64,000 nucleotides of DNA from Candidatus Bathyarchaeota archaeon (GCA_963777155.1 CAVZPM010000034.1:25924-89923); one strand, 5' to 3'. Positions 51,837-61,758 are shown, counted from the stretch's first letter. A program made the numbers and translations. Notes: generated by a model not told the origin, from the sequence alone.

Positions 51837-53126
51837 CTAATCGAGGTGGTATGCTTCTTCGCCATGTTGGCTCAAGTCTAAGCCTTCATCCTCTTCTTTG
51901 GGACTAACCCGCAGGGGTGAGAATATGTCAACTAGCCTCAAGAGTAGGTAGGAGCCCACGAATGCGAATGCTGCCACAACTGCTACCGCAAGTATTTGGA
52001 CACCAAGTTGTCCCGGGTTGCCGTAGAAAAGTCCTTTAACGACGGGGTTAACTGCGGCAGTTGCAAATAAGCCGACTGACACTGCCCCAATAATTCCACC
52101 GATTCCATGGCAAGCGAATACGTCAAGTGTATCGTCGATTTTTGAGCGGCCTGCACGCCAATTAGCTACTATGTTCGAGATTATGCCTGCTGCTAAGCCG
52201 ACGATAACTGCATCTGTGAAGTTAATGTAACCTGCAACCGCCGTAACCGCTGCCATACCGCAGACTGCGCCTACAGATATTCCGATGGCTGAGGGTTTGC
52301 CTTTGATTATCCATTCCAGAATCATCCAGCTAACCGCAGCTGCAGCTGCCGCCAAGTTAGTTGCAATAACCGCGGAAACCGCGATAGCATCTGCCGCAAG
52401 TGCACTGCCTCCGTTGAATCCGAACCAGCCAAACCATAGAAGTCCTGCACCTAAGATGACATAGGGGATGTTTGTGGGTTTAAACTCAGTTCCCATTGCT
52501 GGTGCGTTGGTGCCCTTACGGTCAAGGGCTTTCAATTGGTCTTTCCAGTAGACACATCCTTTTCTTCTGCCAACAATTAGCGCTGCAGCCAGCGCTGATA
52601 AACCTGCCGCAACATGAACGACTATACCGCCTGCAAAATCCCAGGCGCCTAATACATGTAACCAACCATTAATGTTCCAAAGCCAATGAGCAATTGGTGA
52701 ATAAACCAATGTTGACCACAAAATAACAAAGATGAGGAGGGATTTGAAGCGGATTCGCTCTGCGCATGCACCTATGATTAGGGCTGGGGTGATGGCTGCG
52801 AATTTAAGCTGGAAAGCGAAAAATAGAATTTCTGGGATGCCTGCTGCATAAGCTGAGTTAACGGTGTTTATGTTTATGCCGTTTAAGCCTACAAGCGACA
52901 GGTTTCCAATGACACCGCCGACGCTGGGACCAAACACAAGGCTATAGCCCCAGAAGAACCAAACTAGGCTAACGACGGCAAAGATGGCGATGCATTGGAC
53001 AAGTGTTGAGACAAGGTTTTTTCTGCGGACCAAGCCACCATAGAAGAAGGCTAAGGCTGGCGTCATCAGCATTACTAGTGCTGTAGACGTTAGAACCCAT
53101 GCTACGTCCGCTGGATTGTAAGACAT
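51837..53126 (-). CDS. amt: Ammonium transporter Amt
   Basis: FFYGG, DFAGGIVVH, WFGWFGFNGGS, DDTLDVFACHG. Confidence 0.95.
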   Translation of the reverse strand: MSYNPADVAWVLTSTALVMLMTPALAFFYGGLVRRKNLVSTLVQCIAIFAVVSLVWFFWGYSLVFGPSVGGVIGNLSLVGLNGININTVNSAYAAGIPEILFFAFQLKFAAITPALIIGACAERIRFKSLLIFVILWSTLVYSPIAHWLWNINGWLHVLGAWDFAGGIVVHVAAGLSALAAALIVGRRKGCVYWKDQLKALDRKGTNAPAMGTEFKPTNIPYVILGAGLLWFGWFGFNGGSALAADAIAVSAVIATNLAAAAAAVSWMILEWIIKGKPSAIGISVGAVCGMAAVTAVAGYINFTDAVIVGLAAGIISNIVANWRAGRSKIDDTLDVFACHGIGGIIGAVSVGLFATAAVNPVVKGLFYGNPGQLGVQILAVAVVAAFAFVGSYLLLRLVDIFSPLRVSPKEEDEGLDLSQHGEEAYHLD

Positions 53127-53393
53127 CTCTTCCCCTGTTTTATGCTTTGTTAATCTCCATTTTTGTAAGAACCAATATTTAAACTATACATTCGCATTAA
53201 ATAAAAGGACAAAAATCGATAAACGTTCAAAGTGTGGCTTTCAAACATTATGTTCATGCAACAAATCTTTCGATGAAGCCTGATAATCGTAAAATTGTCC
53301 AAAAGAACGACGTTAAAAAGATATCTTGTCTAAATTAAGAAACGACAAAATTGCAGATATATAAAAAGGGAAAAATTGAGCGTTGGAAACGCT

Positions 53394-54680
53394 CTAGTCT
53401 AACTGGAATGCTTCTTCACCATGCTCGCTTAGATCTAAGCCTGCATCTTCTGCTTGTTCGCTGACTCTTAGCGGAGAGAACACGTTCACGAGCTTCAACA
53501 GGGCATAGGCGCCAAAGAACGAGAACGGCACCACAACCGCAACGGCTATGAGTTGATTAACAAATTGACCAATGTTTCCCTCGATCAGACCGCTGAAACC
53601 GCCGACTGCCGCTGACGCAAAGATACCTGTACCGATTGCACCGACAATACCGCCTACACCGTGACATGCAAAGACATCCAGCGAATCATCGATCCGTGTT
53701 CTGCCTGCTCGCCAGTTTGCAACGAGGTTAGAGATTATGCCACCTGCTAAACCCATGATTATAGCTGCCATAGGGCCAACATAGCCTGAAGCTGGGGTGA
53801 TGACGACTAAACCGACGACTGCTCCAACCGCCATGCCTACTGCGGAAGGTTTTCCTTTGATTAGCCAGTCCATGAGCATGAAGCTGACTGCGGCTGCTGC
53901 TGCGGCTAAGTTTGTCACTACCAATGCTGAGACTGCCAGGTCGTTTGCTGCCAATGCGCTGCCGGCGTTAAAGCCGAACCAGCCAAACCACAACAGTGCT
54001 GCGCCCAGGAGAACGTATGGAATGTTGGTTGGTTTGAATTGTGGTAGAGTTTTCTTTTGCTCGATTTCTTGCATGTGTTGCTTCCATGGTACTGGACCGC
54101 TTTTTCTTCTGCCAACTATGAGCGCCGCTGCGAGAGCAGAGACACCAGCCGATATGTGAACGACTAGTCCTCCTGCGAAGTCAATGGATCCTATGGCTTT
54201 GAGCCAACCGGATGGGTTCCATACCCAATGTGCGATTGGTATGTAGATGAACGTTGACCAGAGTATTATGAATATTAGCAATGATTTGAAGCGGACTCTT
54301 TCTGCAGTGGCACCGATAATCAAGGCGGGTGTGATGGCGGCGAATTTTAGCTGGAAGGCGAAGACCAGTAATGTTGGGATGGTTGGTGCTAGGGCAGGAG
54401 TGATGTCATGTATGGTTATGCCGTTTAGTCCTGCGAGGGATAGGTTGCCTATTACCCCGCCGATGCTGGGTCCAAATGCTAGGCTGTAGCCATACAGCGC
54501 CCAGATGATGCTTATTACGGCAAAAATGATGAAGCATTGAGCAATTGTGGATACGAGGTTTTTCTTTCGCACTAGGCCGCCGTAAAAGAAGCCTAATGCT
54601 GGTGTCATTAACATTACCAGGGCTGTTGCTGCTATAACCCATGCTATATCTCCGGAGTTTGTAGTTATTGTTGCACTCAT
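53394..54680 (-). CDS. amt: Ammonium transporter Amt (tandem paralog)
   Basis: DFAGGLVVH, WFGWFGFNAGS, DDSLDVFACHG. Confidence 0.95.
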   Translation of the reverse strand: MSATITTNSGDIAWVIAATALVMLMTPALGFFYGGLVRKKNLVSTIAQCFIIFAVISIIWALYGYSLAFGPSIGGVIGNLSLAGLNGITIHDITPALAPTIPTLLVFAFQLKFAAITPALIIGATAERVRFKSLLIFIILWSTFIYIPIAHWVWNPSGWLKAIGSIDFAGGLVVHISAGVSALAAALIVGRRKSGPVPWKQHMQEIEQKKTLPQFKPTNIPYVLLGAALLWFGWFGFNAGSALAANDLAVSALVVTNLAAAAAAVSFMLMDWLIKGKPSAVGMAVGAVVGLVVITPASGYVGPMAAIIMGLAGGIISNLVANWRAGRTRIDDSLDVFACHGVGGIVGAIGTGIFASAAVGGFSGLIEGNIGQFVNQLIAVAVVVPFSFFGAYALLKLVNVFSPLRVSEQAEDAGLDLSEHGEEAFQLD

Positions 54681-55178
54681 TTTTTAAATCACCATTAGAC
54701 ATATGTTTAGTATTTTTTATAATTACTGTGCAATTATTATATTCAAGTATTTAAGATTATCCATTTGAAAAATAATAAATTAAAATGATGAATAAATGTC
54801 TAAAAAAATGACGAATTACTCCAAATTCATCCAATTCTGGCCAACAATCAAATCGAAAAATTTTAAACATATCCAAAAAAACTTTAATCAACAAAACAAA
54901 CAACCAGGAAACAAAAACCATCGCTCTAACCGAGCAATTACATTAAAAAAGTATTTCATTGAAGTTTACTCCAAAAATATTGCAAATAATAATAAAAATT
55001 CCAAAAAACTTGAGAAGTAAGCTATGACAAATGAGTCATAGACCTTTCAGACAACTGACAAGCCAGATCGATTTCTAACAGCTCAAAGGAAACCAACAGC
55101 CTAAAACCACTCTTAGCAAAAAACCTTATTATGACACAAACTCTTCTTTGCGTAAAAGGCGCAATAATACTATGAAGT

Positions 55179-56081
55179 TTGGCACATTCACATTTCAACC
55201 TGAAAAACCTCAAGGGTTTCGATTTTCATGTTTTACGAGTTAAACCTGAAACAGGCATAAGAATAAAGCCAGAATCCGATATGTTCAGCAACCTCGCGGT
55301 TTTCGCAGATACATTAGCCGTCCAAAATCATCCTGACTGGGTTTCGCAGTCACCGCTTGGTCCAGCCAAATTCGGAAACAACAACTTTAACATCTACTGG
55401 AGCGTCGTTTGCGCTACTCAACCTGAGTATCGTGAGGAACAACTAAGATACATAGCAGAAGTCGATAGACAATCGGCAGGCATATGGCTAAACAGCCAGT
55501 ACTTCGCTGACCATGACCACTGCACATGTCCGCGATGCAAAGAAAGATGGCAAAAAAGCGGTTTAAGCTGGCTTGAATGGCGCAGAAAAGAAATCAACGA
55601 TTATATGGCGCAAATTCGGGATGTAGTCAAAAAAGAACTTGTTTTCTGCCTCCAACCTGACCCAGTAAGCTCCTATGAACGATACGGTGTAGATTTTGAT
55701 GACTTTGCAAAATACGCTGACAAGTTCTGCGTTGTGATGTTTAGCAAAAACTATGCAACTCCGTGGTATTGGGAAATGCTTGCACGCGGCTTCAAGAAAC
55801 TGCTCAATAAAACATTCTACATTAATCTGTACGTTTATGGTCCAGGCGACAACCCCAAAGATGTACCAACACCCGAGGAGCTGTTGACGGTGACGGTTCG
55901 TTGTGCTCGAGCAGGCGCAGATGGTTTCCTCTACTTGACTGACGGTACCCGCCAAATGCTGGATTTCCAGAAAGCCGTAGTTGGGAATACTCAATTGAGG
56001 GAGAGGCTTAAGAGTTATGGCGGAAAACCTGTGCAAGAAGTCCTGGAAAGGGTTACCAGCTGGGAAAAAATTATGCATTAA
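55179..56081 (+). CDS. Hypothetical protein, possibly glycoside-hydrolase-like TIM barrel with a CxCxxC motif
   Basis: HPDWV, VCAT.PEYR, HCTCPRC, WLEWRRKEI, ERYGVDF resemble GHL10-like proteins. Confidence 0.55.
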   Translation: MAHSHFNLKNLKGFDFHVLRVKPETGIRIKPESDMFSNLAVFADTLAVQNHPDWVSQSPLGPAKFGNNNFNIYWSVVCATQPEYREEQLRYIAEVDRQSAGIWLNSQYFADHDHCTCPRCKERWQKSGLSWLEWRRKEINDYMAQIRDVVKKELVFCLQPDPVSSYERYGVDFDDFAKYADKFCVVMFSKNYATPWYWEMLARGFKKLLNKTFYINLYVYGPGDNPKDVPTPEELLTVTVRCARAGADGFLYLTDGTRQMLDFQKAVVGNTQLRERLKSYGGKPVQEVLERVTSWEKIMH

Positions 56082-56158
56082 TTTTTTTCTATCGATTTGC
56101 CGTTATGTTTTTATCGTGTCCAGTGTTAAGCAATTATGCACAAGTTGGGGATGTTTAA

Positions 56159-56755
56159 TTGGATTTTATTTCGGATCTTATAAAAGCTGCCATAGCGCTT
56201 TTCATTATCGTTGACCCCATTGGCAACATTCCCATTTTCGTAGGGTTGACTGAAAGCATGGCTGATAATCAGCGGAAGAAAGTCTTCAATCTTGCAACTC
56301 TTGTTGGCTTTGTTCTTCTTCTTGTTTTCGCGTTTACAGGCAGCGAAATTCTAACAATCTTTGGAATATCCATTGAGAGTTTTGAAGTTGCAGGCGGCAT
56401 CCTACTGCTCATAATAGCTATCAGGATTCTTATTTCAGGCAGTATGCATGAAAATGCTGAGACCCCGGAAAGTGTGGGTGCAGTTCCCATCGCTATACCT
56501 CTACTCGTTGGACCAGGCGCAATTACCACAACTATATTTAATCTTCAAACGTACGATACAGCTGTTACTATTGCCGCGGTGGTCATAGTGTTGTCGATAA
56601 CCTGGGTTATTCTTAGGTTCATTGGCAGGATTTACAGGTTCTTGGGAAAAACAGGTTCAATTGTTATAGCGCGGGTTATGGCACTCATGATTGCAGCAAT
56701 TGCTATTCAGTACATTCTAACTGGCATCACTGACTTTATGAGTTTAGCCCATTAG
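56159..56755 (+). CDS. MarC family membrane protein
   Basis: DPIGNIPIF, AGGILL, VPIAIPLLVGPGAITT. Confidence 0.92.
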   Translation: MDFISDLIKAAIALFIIVDPIGNIPIFVGLTESMADNQRKKVFNLATLVGFVLLLVFAFTGSEILTIFGISIESFEVAGGILLLIIAIRILISGSMHENAETPESVGAVPIAIPLLVGPGAITTTIFNLQTYDTAVTIAAVVIVLSITWVILRFIGRIYRFLGKTGSIVIARVMALMIAAIAIQYILTGITDFMSLAH

Positions 56756-56907
56756 TGTTCAACTTTCATTAAACTCCATATTCAACTACTTCTTTGTCGT
56801 AGATGGTTCTATCATCAGTTGAGTCATCAGGAACGGTGTCAATTGAAATTTAATCAATAGAACACAGACCTGAGAGTTGATTAGACAATAAGAGTAATTC
56901 AATTGGT

Positions 56908-56944
56908 AGAAGAAGAAGGACGCACTGGGACAACTTCTTCTTCT
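56908..56944. repeat. 11-bp inverted repeat with (GAA)/(CTT) arms
   Basis: AGAAGAAGAAG (56908-56918), 15-nt spacer, CTTCTTCTTCT (56934-56944). Confidence 0.7.
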
Positions 56945-57085
56945 TTGAAAACAAGGACAAAAGAAGCCGAATAAGTCAGTTCTGGTCTTCTGCGAGTTTT
57001 ACAATTTTTCTTTCTGGAAAACCGAGTATTTTCCTTAAATCCGAATTAAACAATAAATAAAAGCCCTCGCAAATGTACTTCCAAT

Positions 57086-57586
57086 GTGAGTGCTATGCGG
57101 TCTGAATGTTGTAGTTGTAAGAAATCATTTTCTGGTTCAGGTTTAGTCGTAAGAATTAACGGGAAGGAACAGACGTACTGTGCGGATTGTCTTTGGAAGC
57201 TCCAGAAAGAGTACTCTAATAAGAAGAGCTGTGAAGAGTGCGGTCACTTTGACGAGGAGTCTTGCGGAAAAAGTGGAAAAACGTTGGTGCCAGTGAAGGC
57301 TGGGTTTAATACCTATTTTGTGGATGCTGAAACCTGCAAAAACTTCTCGACCGAGCAAAAAACGGGCAAAAAGAAAAGCGAATTAACAGAAGAACAAAAA
57401 GAGACAACTGCTTTGGTAAGAAAGCTTCAAGAAAAAGGACAGAACTTGACTTATTACTGCTGCCATTGTGGAGCACCGCTTAAGATAGGGGTAAAATCGC
57501 CTGAAATACAAAATATCTGTCCACGATGTCAAGGTGACTTGGAAATAATTAACTTCGCAAAGTTCATTAAACAACACAGCCCTTAA
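57086..57586 (+). CDS. Cys-rich multi-zinc-finger hypothetical protein
   Basis: CCSC, CADC, CEECGH, CCHCG, CPRC. Confidence 0.7.
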   Translation: MSAMRSECCSCKKSFSGSGLVVRINGKEQTYCADCLWKLQKEYSNKKSCEECGHFDEESCGKSGKTLVPVKAGFNTYFVDAETCKNFSTEQKTGKKKSELTEEQKETTALVRKLQEKGQNLTYYCCHCGAPLKIGVKSPEIQNICPRCQGDLEIINFAKFIKQHSP

Positions 57587-57747
57587 AACGATAAGAAGAT
57601 TTTGCTGATTATCAATTTTAAGGTTCTTCTGATAAGGAATAGTTCACTGAAAAGACTATTAATGCACGAAGTGGAATTGAAATCACTACTTTTCTGTCCC
57701 AGAAATAGTATCTACAACATTTCCAGCAAGATAACATATATGAGAAA

Positions 57748-57834
57748 TGGCGCGGGATGTGGGAATTGAACCCACGCGGCCTTTCGACCACAGACTTAGC
57801 AGGCCTGCCCCATACCAGGCTTGGGGAATCCCGC
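57748..57834 (-). tRNA. tRNA-Ser(GCT), intronless, CCA encoded
   Basis: GCGGGAT/ATCCCGC acceptor stem, G73 plus CCA, anticodon arm CAGGC-CTGCTAA-GTCTG, long variable arm TGGTC-GAAA-GGCCG, T arm GTGGG-TTCAATT-CCCAC. Confidence 0.93.
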
Positions 57835-58228
57835 ACGCCAGTGTTTTGATCTTCAAAGCCTGTATTAACTGTCTTTTGGTGCTCCAATTTATCTTGAACA
57901 CCCATTTAGCCAGTTTCAGCAATTCATTAGGTTCTACTTTAATTAAAGTTTTCCCAGAGCAACCTGATTCATTGTAAGGCATTAAGACCTTAGCTCGAGC
58001 AAAGGTTTTATTGATGATAGAAGGCCTTTTACAAATCACTAAAAATTTCTTTAATCTTGACCAATCCTCTGATTTAATGCCCAGATTGGATAAATCAACT
58101 AAAAATGACTTTCAAAAATTGCTATTTAGTGGTTTAATCCTCAGAATTGAGCTAATTGTTATTTGCAATAGATATGAAATCAGGTATGCAGCTCAACTTA
58201 GTATGAAAACTTGTTCTTTGGCTATTTT

Positions 58229-58384
58229 CTATGTTAGATTAAAAAGATAGTCTGATTCATTGAGTGTAATTTTGAAATTGTGGTGGCATTTTCCGCAGTC
58301 ATATGCTTCAATGGTAAAGCTATGATTTTTCAGTACCCTAGAAGGTTTGATAACTTTTTTCCCACAACTAGGACAATGAGTCAT
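58229..58384 (-). CDS. 51-aa zinc-ribbon microprotein (Cren7-like pattern), missing from the ORF track
   Basis: MTHCPSCGKKVIKPSRVLKNHSFTIEAYDCGKCHHNFKITLNESDYLFNLT*; GAGGATG upstream. Confidence 0.65.
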   Translation of the reverse strand: MTHCPSCGKKVIKPSRVLKNHSFTIEAYDCGKCHHNFKITLNESDYLFNLT

Positions 58385-58732
58385 TAAGCGTCATTCATCC
58401 TCTTGGAGAGAATAAGAATATGAATGTTATTGACAAACAAGATGCAATAATAATACTTCATTACCAAGTATTTTGCTTGAAATATTATCTGCAAACCAGG
58501 ATAACTGCCTAACGATATAATACCTGTTCATACCCAAATTTTCCTTAAGGTGCTTTTTGTTATATAGCGACTTATTTGTTTCAAGAATTATAATGTAAAA
58601 AGTCTTACCCTTAGCTCGGTTCCCATTGAGAACTTTAAGTAAGCCAAGGTTTTCATCAAACTCTTGCGTCTTAATGTGTAGGTTAGAGCTGGTTTATTAA
58701 ATGTAACAAAGAAAAGATATGCATCTCAAAGG

Positions 58733-58899
58733 CAGCCGGGAGACAATGGCTGAACATTTATTAATCGCTCTGAGGAAAACGAACACGGCATTATTCCACC
58801 ACCAAACATTTCTATTGCGAAAATAGTTGATGTGTCCTTGTGGTGCTTTCCTCATAGTTTAAAAGGATGACCTGTTTTAGTATTCACATACAGGTTTTT
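58733..58899. ncRNA. Candidate structured RNA (unassigned)
   Basis: Hairpin CAGCC/GGCTG; nested stems TGAGGAAA/TTTCCTCA, CACCAC/GTGGTG, ACAT/ATGT, CTATT/AATAG; then ACCTGT/ACAGGT followed by a T-run. Confidence 0.3.
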
Positions 58900-58916
58900 C
58901 CTGTAAGCATAAAATC

Positions 58917-59363
58917 GTGTTGATGCTGAGAATGGGTATTAAACTCTCAAAATCGGATATAGCGTTCGTAAAACAGTTACCAGTTTGCCGCCTTGCAACC
59001 GCAACTGAAGAATGCGAACCAGTGGTTAGGCCAGTTTGGGCTGTTTTTGACGGCGCAAACATTTACATAGCATCCGACCCTGACACACCAAAACTTGAGC
59101 ACATAGAAGCAAACCCGCAGGTCTCACTTGTTTTTGATGACTACGATGAAAAAAACTGGTCCAACATCAAAGGCATCCGTGTTCAGGGCGAGGCAGAAAT
59201 CATGTGGAACGGCAAAGAATACCGCTATGCCCATGATCTGCTGAAAGAAAAGTATCCCGAGTACGCAAGTCCAGAAGGCAGCTGGAAAGAAGGAGATATA
59301 CCCATAATTAAGGTAACGCCGACGGATTTTAGCAAGTGGAGCCAGGGCAACTGGAAAAAATAA
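58917..59363 (+). CDS. Pyridoxamine 5'-phosphate oxidase-like (PPOX, FMN/F420-binding) protein
   Basis: CRLATA...PVVRPVW, KLEHIEANPQVSLVFDDY, LKEKYPEY. Confidence 0.85.
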   Translation: MLMLRMGIKLSKSDIAFVKQLPVCRLATATEECEPVVRPVWAVFDGANIYIASDPDTPKLEHIEANPQVSLVFDDYDEKNWSNIKGIRVQGEAEIMWNGKEYRYAHDLLKEKYPEYASPEGSWKEGDIPIIKVTPTDFSKWSQGNWKK

Positions 59364-59612
59364 TTATTTTGCCCATTGATAGTTTGAGAACTCGATAGCA
59401 TCAAGGATTATCTGGGAAAAATCACTGTTATCACATTGATCAGTATACATTACGAAGCCGTCGTAAGCAAAGAAATGCATGTTTTTTCGATGGTAAATAA
59501 TTCTTGGCCTCGCTATACGGACAAGTTCTAGAAAGTTTTGCTTATCAAATTTTACTCGATAGGAGCTTGAGTTCATTTCGCTTGTAGTTGTCGTTGCTTC
59601 CATATTTCTCAA
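59364..59612 (-). CDS. Small hypothetical protein
   Basis: 82-aa ORF convergent with the PPOX gene; no motif recognised. Confidence 0.55.
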   Translation of the reverse strand: MRNMEATTTTSEMNSSSYRVKFDKQNFLELVRIARPRIIYHRKNMHFFAYDGFVMYTDQCDNSDFSQIILDAIEFSNYQWAK

Positions 59613-59743
59613 TCTCGAATGCTAATAGAAGTCATAGAAATTTAATACTTGTCTATGGACTTTAGAGGAATATACTTGTCGATTTTTTACTCGTAGAAAA
59701 CCTTATCCCTGAAGCGATGAACAATAATATTGAGGGCTGAAGG

Positions 59744-60527
59744 ATGTCGATTGAATCGGGCAGAAAATTGGGGTTAATTGCCAGTTTAATTACAGTTATT
59801 TTGCCAATTGCCGCTGTAATCGGCGTGGTTGCACTAATTATATCCACAATATGTTTCAGCTGCTACGAGAACAGTCATGGAACCTCGTCCATTCTTTGGA
59901 GTTTTCTGCCGGATTTACTGCATTCTTGATCACTGTAGGGGCTATTGGCATCATCGGATTCATCTTGTTCATGGTGGCAATGTATCGTTTGTCACATTAT
60001 TATAACGAGCCGAGAATCTTCAAAAATGTCCTTTATGCATTCATAATAAGCATAATCTCTGGCGTTACTAGTCTATTTTGGAATTCACAGTTTTTGCATC
60101 ATTTTCTCAAGCAGGGGTATTTCACAACCGGCCAACAGCCACTCCTGCGCCATTTACACAATCTTCTCCTCACCTATTTGGTTGTACTCGGGGTGTCAAT
60201 TGTTTTCGGAATAGTGAATGCTGTACTTTACATGCGTGCCTTCAACAAACTAGACGAAAAATCGGGAGTGGACAATTTCAAGTACCGCTGGGTTACTTTA
60301 CTTAATCGGGGCAATAACCTTTCTTTGGCGGATTAGGTTTGGATAGCGTGGATTTTCGCAGCCATGGCATTCAACAAACTAAAACCAGTTCCAGTGTCGA
60401 CACCGACAGTTTCCTATCCTGCCTCACCACCAACAACCTGTCGCAAATGAAACGTTGCCCCAATTGCGGAACAGAAAACACACCTGACTCCCTTTACTGC
60501 CGAAACTGCGGAAAATCCTTTCAATAG
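59744..60527 (+). CDS. DUF996 membrane protein with C-terminal zinc ribbon (multiple frameshifts)
   Basis: ESGRKLGLIASL, AMYRLSHYYNEPRIFKN, LDEKSGVDNFK, CPNCGTEN...YCRNCG. Confidence 0.75.
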
Positions 60528-60600
60528 AACGTTTGATTTAGTGTTAATAAAAAATCTTATATCTTAGTGGTTTCTCCTTTTTTGTTGAAGTTGTGATTAT

Positions 60601-61581
60601 ATGGCAGTTAAAATATCGCCAGATTATGTAGACCTTCTAAATAAGGCAGTCGAACGTGAAATCCAAGTTTCGCTCCAGTATATTCTTCAACATGCAAAAA
60701 TGGAGAAGCTCGTGCGACGAACAATCCCAGAAAACATCCTCTTAGACAAAACCACATATGACGCAGTTGGAAAGTTTCTAAGAGAAATCGCCATCCAAGA
60801 AATGAAACATGCAGCTTCAATAATGGAGCGCATCTACTATCTTGGGGGAGCAGCATCAACCAAATCAGCAAAAATCACCGTTGGCGACAGCATAAGCGAA
60901 TTCGCCAAACTGGGGACAAAAGCTGAAGAAGAAGCCTTAATGCTCTACCGCCAAATCATCGAGACCGCCGCGAAAATGGGCGATTGGGAAACACGTGAGC
61001 TCTTCGAGAAAATATACAATGAAGAAGAAGGGCACTTGTTTAAGTTCCAAGAATACATAAAGTTCCAAGACGAAAAAGATGAGCCAAGCAAGGCTCCATT
61101 ACCTGAATGGCGCAAAATCTACACAGACGACTACTTCACGCTCTTAAACAAGGCGGTTTCAGCAGAAATTACAGGAATTCTACAATATACAAATCAACAT
61201 GAAAAAGCCGCGTTCCTTGCACTTAGAATGAAGAACACCGCACTGGAAGCTGTCACGGGAACCAACAAGGCTGACGTCGTAAGCAAGATTCTCAAAGGCG
61301 TCTTCATGCAGGAAATGGATCACTTGGAAAAAATTAGCGAACGTATCTACCTCCTCGAAGGCGAAGCCGCATTCAAACCAGACCCACTACCAGTTATCGG
61401 CGAAACAGCGCAGGACTTTCTGGTTCTGGATCATGCATTGGAAAGCAGCGCAATTTCTCTCTACCGACAAATCATCGCTGAAGCACTCAAACGCGGCGAC
61501 ACCACAACAAGACGCATGTTCGAAGACATAATCGTCCAAGAAGAAGAGCACTTTTGGACATTCGACGACTTCGTAAGATAA
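60601..61581 (+). CDS. Tandem two-domain ferritin-like (bacterioferritin-like) protein
   Basis: Two repeats of LLNKAV..E....QY..QH / EMxH...ERIY.L.G / E..A..LYRQII / EExH. Confidence 0.85.
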   Translation: MAVKISPDYVDLLNKAVEREIQVSLQYILQHAKMEKLVRRTIPENILLDKTTYDAVGKFLREIAIQEMKHAASIMERIYYLGGAASTKSAKITVGDSISEFAKLGTKAEEEALMLYRQIIETAAKMGDWETRELFEKIYNEEEGHLFKFQEYIKFQDEKDEPSKAPLPEWRKIYTDDYFTLLNKAVSAEITGILQYTNQHEKAAFLALRMKNTALEAVTGTNKADVVSKILKGVFMQEMDHLEKISERIYLLEGEAAFKPDPLPVIGETAQDFLVLDHALESSAISLYRQIIAEALKRGDTTTRRMFEDIIVQEEEHFWTFDDFVR

Positions 61582-61758
61582 AAAACCAAAAATCCTTCTC
61601 TCTTTTCTTTAGATTCATAATTTTTATTTCAGTCCAACTGAACAAGATTTTGTACATTTTACTGGTTGAAAAATCTTTCTTTGGATTTACTCGTTTGGTT
61701 TTTGGGAAAACTTAAATCCTTAATCTTCCACACAGTAAGATAGCAGAGGCAAAAGAGG

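Noticed and set aside
54690-55170. AT-rich region as a replication origin, plus ORFs 54796-55020 and 55022-55213
   Set aside because: No ORB-like repeats or cdc6 nearby; the ORFs are low-complexity. Best read as the amt promoter region.
56790-56835. CTGATGA motifs (minus strand) as a hammerhead ribozyme core
   Set aside because: No stem II closed by GAAA in the required position.
57618-58039. ORFs of 95, 117 and 76 aa
   Set aside because: They overlap the well-formed tRNA-Ser gene; treated as shadow ORFs.
58731-58746. AGCCGGGAGAC, resembling the 3' box of a cobalamin riboswitch
   Set aside because: No upstream AGGGAA or GCCACTG core, and the following CTGCC is absent.
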